Below are positions 57,606-64,000 of a DNA stretch of 64,000 bases, in pieces. Within the stretch, counting starts at the first letter, position 1. Every line of letters starts with the position of its first letter. The stretch lies in the NCBI GenBank assembly GCA_039586365.1, contig JBDHKN010000001.1:160001-224000 (forward strand). Direction: 5' to 3'. The translations under genes and the position numbers were made by a program. The notes under the pieces are model-generated. The model did not search any database and was not told the DNA's origin. It saw nothing but the letters and a program-made list of their open reading frames with translations. Source of the DNA: Gemmatimonadota bacterium. Its GTDB lineage: Bacteria; Gemmatimonadota; Gemmatimonadetes; Gemmatimonadales; GWC2-71-9.

Positions 57606-60356
57606 ATGCAAATCACGTGTGGACTCAGGGGTGTCCTCACAGCCGTGGCTTTGGTCATCTCCGGTGCGGGTCAGCTTGTGGCACAGGCTGGCGCACCGGC
57701 TACGGTGACGGGACGAGTGACCGCAGAGGACGGTCGAGCCCTTGCCGGTGTTCAGGTGGTGGTTAGTCAACCAGGCACCGCACGCCAGTTCGGTGCCCTC
57801 ACCACGGATGATGGGCGTTACAGTGTCGCAGGACTGCGACCCGGCCTCTACCGGATCGTGGCGCGGACCATCGGTTACGATCCTGGCACTGAGGACGGTG
57901 TTCGGCTCGGAGCGGGGGAGTCCAGAGAGATCAATTTTACTCTGGGCGTGCGGGTCATCTCCCTGGACGCCATCGAGGTGTTCGCGACCCGGGCCATCGA
58001 GCGTGTGACACCAGTGGCGTACACGGACGTAGACAAGCCAACGATGGAGCAGCAACTCGGATCGCAGGACATTCCTTTGGTTCTGAATACGAAGCCGAGT
58101 GTGTATTCAACCGAGCAGGGTGGTGCGGCGGGTGATGCCCGGATCAACGTGCGCGGTTTCGACCAGCGCAACGTGTCAGTCATGATCAACGGCGTGCCGG
58201 TGAACGACATGGAGAATGGGTGGGTATACTGGTCGAACTGGGACGGTGTGGGCGACGCTACGTCCTCGATCCAGCTCCAGCGGGGGCTATCGGCCGTTAA
58301 CCTGGCAACCCCCTCGATCGGTGGAACCATGAACATCATCACCGACCCGACGGCACAGTCGGCAGGTGGGATGCTCAAGCAGGAATACGGCTCCGACGGG
58401 TTCCTCAAAACGACGGCCATGCTGGCCTCGGGCCTGCTCGCCGATAAGTTCGCCTTTATGGCCCAGGGCGTGCGGAAGACTGGGAACGGGCTCGCAGAGG
58501 GTATCTGGACCGACGCCTGGGCCTACTATTTCGGCGCGAGCTACAAGATCAGTAACAGCAACCGGCTCGACCTGTACGCACTGGGCGCGCCCCAGCGCCA
58601 CGGGCAGCGAAGTTACGCCCAGAACATTGGAGCGTTTAGCGCAGCATACGCACTGCGCCTCGATGACTACGATCCCGCCGCAATGATCGTCTACGATGTC
58701 TCCCCAGACGGTCTCCGCTTCAACCAGAACTGGAACAGCATCTCCGAGTCCTACACAGGGCAACAAGCGGAAGGGTCCAAGCGTCTCGATCGTCACGAGA
58801 AGGGCTTTCTAAACGAGAGGGAGAACTTCTTCCACAAACCCCAGGTCAACCTCAACTGGTACTCGTCGCTGTCAGAGACCGTAACGCTCACCACGGTGGG
58901 CTATTACTCCGGTGGATCTGGTGGTGGTACGGGCACGTACGGTGACTTCTTGTGGGATTACGATAGCCAGCCGACTCGCATCGCGGACTGGGACGGCAAC
59001 ATTGCTATAAACCTGGGGACCGAGGACCGGAGGGGCGATCCCAAGGTCGCCGGCGAGGCCCGGGGCATCCTTCGGAACAGTCGTAACGACCAGTGGTCAT
59101 TCGGTGCCATCTCCAAGCTTGCGAAGCAATTCTCGCCGGCTTTCACCATGGAGATCGGCGGGGACTGGCGGACCGCTGAGATCGATCACTACCGGGAAGT
59201 GCGGGACCTGCTTGGGGCTGACTACATCCTCGACACGAGCAGCGATTTCTGGTCCGCCGCAGAACAGCGACGTGGCCTCGGTGACAAGATCGGTTACGAC
59301 TTCACCAACACGGTGGATTGGTTGGGCGGCTATCTGCAGGGCGAGTATGTCACTCCCCAATTTACTGTCTACGGAATGGGTGGTCTGTCGACAATCAAGT
59401 ACACCTATAGGAACCATTTCCTGGATGACGGTACCGGGAACCCGCTGTACGCCGAGACCGACTACATCTACGGCTTCCAGTTCAAGGGCGGTGGTCTCTA
59501 CAACTTGACTCCGGAACTCGGCGTCTACGCGAACGGCGGGTACGTGTCCAGAGTACCGATCTTCGACGGTGTGATAGACGACTACGCAGGTGCGATCAAC
59601 CCGGACCCGCAGAACGAGAAGTTCCTGGCCTTTGAGGGTGGCCTCAACTATCGAACCCTCGACCGATCCGTGGCGATCAACTTGAACGGGTATTACACTC
59701 GCTGGGATGACCGCACTGTGACCAGAGGCTTCGTCACCGAGACAGGAGAGGACGCACTCATCAGTCTGCTGGGTCTTGACGCGCTTCACACCGGCGTCGA
59801 GGCTGAGGTGGCGCTGCAACCGTCTTACCTGGTCCGCTTCGATGTGGGTGCCTCATTGTCGAACTGGGTCCATACCGACGACGTGACCGGTACTTACCGC
59901 CCGGACGCCAGAGACCAAGCCACCGAGACGTACAACTTCTACGTAAAGGACCTCAAGGTAGGCAACGCACCACAGACACAGGTGTCGGCCGCTGTGTCGC
60001 TGTTTCCGATCGATGGCCTGTCTATTCAGGCGATTGGTAAGAGATTCAGCCGCTTCTGGGCCGCGTTCGACCCGATCGACCGGACGGACGAGACCGATCG
60101 GGCCCAGAGTTGGCGGATGCCGGGGTACACGGTGTTCGATGGGCACTTCTCGTACACGCTTCCCGAGAGCTTGCGGCTCGGGCAGCGCTTGATGGTATTC
60201 GGGCACGTGTTCAATCTGTTGGATGCAGAGTACGTCATGGATGCCCTCGACAACTCGCCTTACAACGGGTTCGACGGTGACCACGACGCGGACGACGCCG
60301 AAGTCTTCTTCGGCCTGCAGCGGCGCTTCAACGTGGGGCTACAGTTGAACTTCTAG
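57606..60356 (+). CDS. TonB-dependent receptor
   Basis: GGAAGGAGG SD before ATG 57606; signal peptide; carboxypeptidase-regulatory-like N-domain; plug motif INVRGF...INGVP; C-terminal Phe (GLQLNF). Confidence 0.93.
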   Translation: MQITCGLRGVLTAVALVISGAGQLVAQAGAPATVTGRVTAEDGRALAGVQVVVSQPGTARQFGALTTDDGRYSVAGLRPGLYRIVARTIGYDPGTEDGVRLGAGESREINFTLGVRVISLDAIEVFATRAIERVTPVAYTDVDKPTMEQQLGSQDIPLVLNTKPSVYSTEQGGAAGDARINVRGFDQRNVSVMINGVPVNDMENGWVYWSNWDGVGDATSSIQLQRGLSAVNLATPSIGGTMNIITDPTAQSAGGMLKQEYGSDGFLKTTAMLASGLLADKFAFMAQGVRKTGNGLAEGIWTDAWAYYFGASYKISNSNRLDLYALGAPQRHGQRSYAQNIGAFSAAYALRLDDYDPAAMIVYDVSPDGLRFNQNWNSISESYTGQQAEGSKRLDRHEKGFLNERENFFHKPQVNLNWYSSLSETVTLTTVGYYSGGSGGGTGTYGDFLWDYDSQPTRIADWDGNIAINLGTEDRRGDPKVAGEARGILRNSRNDQWSFGAISKLAKQFSPAFTMEIGGDWRTAEIDHYREVRDLLGADYILDTSSDFWSAAEQRRGLGDKIGYDFTNTVDWLGGYLQGEYVTPQFTVYGMGGLSTIKYTYRNHFLDDGTGNPLYAETDYIYGFQFKGGGLYNLTPELGVYANGGYVSRVPIFDGVIDDYAGAINPDPQNEKFLAFEGGLNYRTLDRSVAINLNGYYTRWDDRTVTRGFVTETGEDALISLLGLDALHTGVEAEVALQPSYLVRFDVGASLSNWVHTDDVTGTYRPDARDQATETYNFYVKDLKVGNAPQTQVSAAVSLFPIDGLSIQAIGKRFSRFWAAFDPIDRTDETDRAQSWRMPGYTVFDGHFSYTLPESLRLGQRLMVFGHVFNLLDAEYVMDALDNSPYNGFDGDHDADDAEVFFGLQRRFNVGLQLNF

Positions 60357-60385
60357 CCCCAAGGATTGTGCGGCGGAGTTAGCCA

Positions 60386-60417
60386 AGGGCCCCGTCGTCA
60401 TCCGGCGACGGGGCCCT
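60386..60417 (+). terminator. Hairpin terminator downstream of the TonB-dependent receptor
   Basis: AGGGCCCCGTCGTC-ATCC-GGCGACGGGGCCCT 14-bp stem (one G-U pair). Confidence 0.7.
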
Positions 60418-60564
60418 CCTGTACTCGGCGGACAACTGAGTTCCGGGCAGTGGCCACGGGGCTTTGACCAACCAGTTGCCGACACTGCCTAAGGCACGTG
60501 CACGATAGTGGGTGCCAAGACAACGGGGGATAATGGGCTTTGCGTCAGTCTGATTGTCGGATTC

Positions 60565-61644
60565 CTACGTCGGCGCCCTCTTTAACAACACTACTGCAGC
60601 GACTGCAAACAGCGCATTCGGTGTCCAAGCCGCAACCGTGGGGGGCAGAGCGCCGCCGGCTCCAACGGCCTGGGACAACTGGACCAGAAGTAGGAACAGC
60701 ATCGTAGTTGCTAGGCTTGCGGCAACGCCGAACGCACCGCTCGCTCGGGGTGCTGTAACCGCGAGCGGCGCACCGAACAGGGCAATAACGATACAGGTAA
60801 CAGGCACCGCGATCTTAAGGGCGCGGTACACCCGTAGCTTGCGGCCATCACCGCCTGATCGCTCGAGCGCATCTACGTAACGACCGAGTTCTGCGTAAGT
60901 CATCTGCTCCGGTTTCTTGGGCTCACTCAGGAGGTCATCAGGGGTTTCTTGCAGGCTGCGCAGCCGTAGTGAGTCGAAGAGAACCGTTGACTCCCCAGCA
61001 CCTGCAGTGATCGTACGGTATCGGCCGTCGCGCAGCGTCCAGGTAGCGGTGGTATCGTTGTACCGGCCCAATCGCGCCTGAACCGCCAGGGTCGGATAGT
61101 CTGCGCCGGAGCCTTCGCGCTCCAGTACCAGGTCGGTCATCTGGCGCTGCCTGACATTCAGCGACCGTATGGTGTAGACCCATCCTGCTTCGGCGCGGTA
61201 GACGAAATTCTGGCGAGTGTTTTGGGCCCGTATCTCCAATTCGCCGAGTAGCTCGAGCTGCCTGCGAGTCGCGCTGGGCGCTAGCTCTCCGAGTCCAAGC
61301 CCGGCAGCAGACACGAATAGTGCGGCCACGAACACGGGGATGGCGAGACGGTGGAAACTCCGGCCCGAGGCCTTTGCGGCTGTCAGCTCCGAGTGCCGGT
61401 TCATGGAAACGAGACTGAATACTGTGGCGAATAGCACTGCCGCTGGGAGGACTAGGTAGACTTTTTCAGGTAGGCTGTAGACGTAGGCCAGGGCGATGGT
61501 TGTCGGCTCTAACTCGCGTTGGAGGTACTCGGCCAGTTTGTCAGTGATCTCGAACAGGACGGGTATCAGAGGGAAGCCTATGACAGTGGCCGCGAATATC
61601 TTCAGCCATTCGCGAAGCAGGTATCGGTCTAGGATCGTTATCAT
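60565..61644 (-). CDS. lptG: LPS export ABC transporter permease LptG
   Basis: ILDRYLLRE, ELTAAKASG.S and AAWTPN motifs; second of an LptF/G pair. Confidence 0.88.
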   Translation of the reverse strand: MITILDRYLLREWLKIFAATVIGFPLIPVLFEITDKLAEYLQRELEPTTIALAYVYSLPEKVYLVLPAAVLFATVFSLVSMNRHSELTAAKASGRSFHRLAIPVFVAALFVSAAGLGLGELAPSATRRQLELLGELEIRAQNTRQNFVYRAEAGWVYTIRSLNVRQRQMTDLVLEREGSGADYPTLAVQARLGRYNDTTATWTLRDGRYRTITAGAGESTVLFDSLRLRSLQETPDDLLSEPKKPEQMTYAELGRYVDALERSGGDGRKLRVYRALKIAVPVTCIVIALFGAPLAVTAPRASGAFGVAASLATTMLFLLLVQLSQAVGAGGALPPTVAAWTPNALFAVAAVVLLKRAPT

Positions 61645-63131
61645 CAGGCCGGCGACCGTGCGGATGTCGCGCCACTATCGATCGAATCCCTCGCTCTGCC
61701 GCGAGACCGTCCAACTCCCTTTCGCCCGGTGCGCCATAGCAGGAATACACCCAGCATCCCAAATACGACGTTTGGCGTCCACATCGCCCAGAAAGGCGGA
61801 ACGGTCAGGCGATTGGCCAGTGACTCTCCCGCGATTAGGCCCGTATAGTAGACGCTGAAAATCACCAATCCGACTGCGAGCACCAGGCCCAGTCCTCCCC
61901 CCGGGAAGCGGAGGGCCACCGGTACACCCACCAGCACAAACACTATGCACGCAGCCGGGATCGCGTATTTCTTGTGGAACTCCACCTTGTAGACGGCTAC
62001 ACGGACCTTGGAGCTGTGGGCCCGGTCATGCTGGATGCGCGCCTCGTTGGAACGGGTTCGTGGGCTGAGACCGCTCGTGGTTACACGACGTGCCGGCGCC
62101 TCCAGCTGAGTGCGTTGTACGGCACTGAGCGTGTCTTCCTGTGGTGGGGTCCGCGCGGCAAGTTCCTCAGGGAGTAACGCGGCCAGCGCAGTGCAATAGA
62201 GGCTGCGCCTAGGCAAGGCAACAACCGTATCTGGTTCGATAAGGGGAAGTCCCACCAACGACCGAATTCCGTTCTTCTCCGCAGTTTCGGCGCGACGCCG
62301 GGCAATCGTCTCCTCGCGGAACTCCCGGCGGAACACATCTTCCAGCGCGCAGACACCGAGTTCCCTGTCGCCATGGTATGTGTCCCCTTCACGCCGTACG
62401 AATTCGTTGCCGATGCCTTCCAGCTTGACCAAGTAGGTTCCGTACTCGGTCCGATCAAACATCCCTGGATCACGCCGGTCGAACTCGTGCGCGGTGCCAT
62501 CAAACAGGCTCACGTGTAGGTCTGTTTGGGCGGAGTCGAACGACATCCGTCCGCTGTCGGCGTACACTATCTGAGTGGTGCGGCGATCGGTGAGTCGGTA
62601 GATAGTGACGTCTCGCATCAGGTAGCTTGCCTGGTCTATTTGCGCAGCTCGTAGGAATACTCGGCCTCGCTGGACCTCATTGACTACGTGTTCCTTCAGT
62701 GAGAACGTCGGTTTCGTTCGCCCGATGGCGCTCATGAGAGTCCGCAGCCTATGATTGGTGCGGGGAAGTACCTGGTCGCCGAACAGGAACGCGAAAACAG
62801 CGACCAGACTACCGGCAATCAAGACCGGTCGCACCAGCCGAGCGAGAGAAATTCCTGTGGCACGAAGTGCAGTGATCTCGTTGTCGTGTGCCAGCCGGCT
62901 GAAAGTATGCAGCACAGCCACCAACACCGACATGGAGATAGTCATTACGATGAGGTAGGGGATCGTGAGCAGGAAGAACTCTACTATGACGGTCCACGGG
63001 AGATCCTTGCCCACGAAGAGCTCCAACCGACGTGCGATCTGGTTGATCAGCATGAAACCAGTCGTCGCCGCTAGGGAGAAAATGAACGGCGCGATATGTG
63101 ATCTCACCAGATATCGGCTAAGGATCCGCAT
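61644..63131 (-). CDS. lptF: LPS export ABC transporter permease LptF
   Basis: MRILSRYL, NEITALRATGIS, EFHKKYAIP and AMWTPN motifs; start moved to ATG 63131. Confidence 0.88.
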   Translation of the reverse strand: MRILSRYLVRSHIAPFIFSLAATTGFMLINQIARRLELFVGKDLPWTVIVEFFLLTIPYLIVMTISMSVLVAVLHTFSRLAHDNEITALRATGISLARLVRPVLIAGSLVAVFAFLFGDQVLPRTNHRLRTLMSAIGRTKPTFSLKEHVVNEVQRGRVFLRAAQIDQASYLMRDVTIYRLTDRRTTQIVYADSGRMSFDSAQTDLHVSLFDGTAHEFDRRDPGMFDRTEYGTYLVKLEGIGNEFVRREGDTYHGDRELGVCALEDVFRREFREETIARRRAETAEKNGIRSLVGLPLIEPDTVVALPRRSLYCTALAALLPEELAARTPPQEDTLSAVQRTQLEAPARRVTTSGLSPRTRSNEARIQHDRAHSSKVRVAVYKVEFHKKYAIPAACIVFVLVGVPVALRFPGGGLGLVLAVGLVIFSVYYTGLIAGESLANRLTVPPFWAMWTPNVVFGMLGVFLLWRTGRKGVGRSRGRARDSIDSGATSARSPA

Positions 63132-63228
63132 TCGCCTCTGTAACTTTCTAGTTTGTAATGACTTGGCTCGCGGGATTATATTGCCAACGCTCACCTCATA
63201 CAAGGCGTACACCTCTCCCGCTAGGAAA

Positions 63229-64000
63229 GTGTCGCGTACGACAACAGCGGTGATTGCCGCCGCTTTGCTGCTGCCCGGCGGCACTCTGCAAGCCCAGGAG
63301 AGTGGCGGGCCGTTGCCCAGGGTCAGGGTGCGTCTGCTTGCCGATTCGATTCGGGTCAGGGTGCCCGCTGCTCTCGCGCCTGGGGGCCGCCTGGCACCGC
63401 GCACTACGCCGCAGATGGTGGTGGCCGTCTGGATGGATCGGGTGCAGGAGTATGTGGCGGGCAGACGCGCCACCCGGTGGCAAACGAACCTGCTTGCATC
63501 ACTGGGACCTGCACCGCGCAGGAGGCGTGAAGGCATTCCACGACCTGAGGAGATCGCGGCTCAGATACAAGGGCCGGCCGGGGCCGGCGAACCGGCCACG
63601 CTGGAATCTCTGGCTGAGCTTGCGGACCTCGGGCTCGACATGACCGCACGTCTCGAACTGACCCTCGATCGGCTGCGCAATGCACGGTGCACGGCGGCTG
63701 ATGCGTTCAGCCTGGCATCAGGTTGCGTGGGCGGGTTTCCTACACCTACGGTGGAAGAGCAGTTCAACGTGCGCGCGGGTGGTGTGGTGGGTGACCGTGT
63801 TCACCTAAATGTCGATTTTGATACAGAGCGGGAGTTCAACGCCAACAATGCAATAACCGTCTACTACCAGGGTCTAGAGGACGAGATCCTGCAGCGAGTG
63901 GACGTTGGCACGGTGACCTTTCAGGTTCCGGGATCGAGATTCATCACATCCGGAATCCCATCCAACTCCTTCGGTGTGCAGGCGGAGGCTCAGTTGGGTC
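63229..64000 (+). CDS. sprA: SprA-like large outer-membrane protein, N-terminal part (runs off the window)
   Basis: Open frame from GTG 63229 with a signal peptide (..LLLPGGTLQAQE); GVVGDRVHLNVDFDTEREF...YQGLEDEILQRVDVGTVTF...FGVQAEAQLG matches the SprA N-terminal motif. Confidence 0.8.
   Translation, partial: MSRTTTAVIAAALLLPGGTLQAQESGGPLPRVRVRLLADSIRVRVPAALAPGGRLAPRTTPQMVVAVWMDRVQEYVAGRRATRWQTNLLASLGPAPRRRREGIPRPEEIAAQIQGPAGAGEPATLESLAELADLGLDMTARLELTLDRLRNARCTAADAFSLASGCVGGFPTPTVEEQFNVRAGGVVGDRVHLNVDFDTEREFNANNAITVYYQGLEDEILQRVDVGTVTFQVPGSRFITSGIPSNSFGVQAEAQLG

Noticed and set aside
63132..63536. N-terminal extension of lptF in the ORF track (630 aa)
   Set aside because: It is antisense to the sprA-like gene; the LptF family start MRILSRY is at 63131
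1..64000. CRISPR arrays, tRNA/rRNA genes, integrases or transposases; many overlapping Arg/Pro-rich ORFs
   Set aside because: No regularly spaced repeats, cloverleaf or rRNA signatures, or recombinase motifs were seen by eye; the overlapping ORFs are shadow frames expected in GC-rich DNA

Overview
GC-rich bacterial chromosomal window, densely coding. The gene content (SprA, LptFG, ECF sigma/zf-HC2 pairs, eukaryote-like Ser/Thr kinase, sdhCAB with b558-type anchor) suggests an FCB-superphylum organism, probably Gemmatimonadota; this is inference. I found no rRNA, tRNA, CRISPR array or intact mobile element. The left end carries a Tat-exported PsrA/PhsA-type molybdoenzyme operon (psrA-psrB-psrC/nrfD-yeeE-yeeE/rhodanese) convergent with arsR-arsM. 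The psrC/nrfD gene is split by one in-frame TGA that is followed by a SECIS-like GGAA hairpin, so it is a candidate for selenocysteine or readthrough, or a nonsense lesion. The last operon protein ends in a poly-Lys/Gly-Cys tail that may carry sulfur. Other notable signals are a leaderless arsR with its operator, a terminator-like hairpin inside the csp leader, two probable non-canonical starts (ATC for a KamA-family gene, CTG for a kinase), two small membrane-protein ORFs missed by the ORF track, a decayed M20 amidohydrolase relic, and an inverted heptamer-repeat element. Family assignments come from motif recognition, not database searches.
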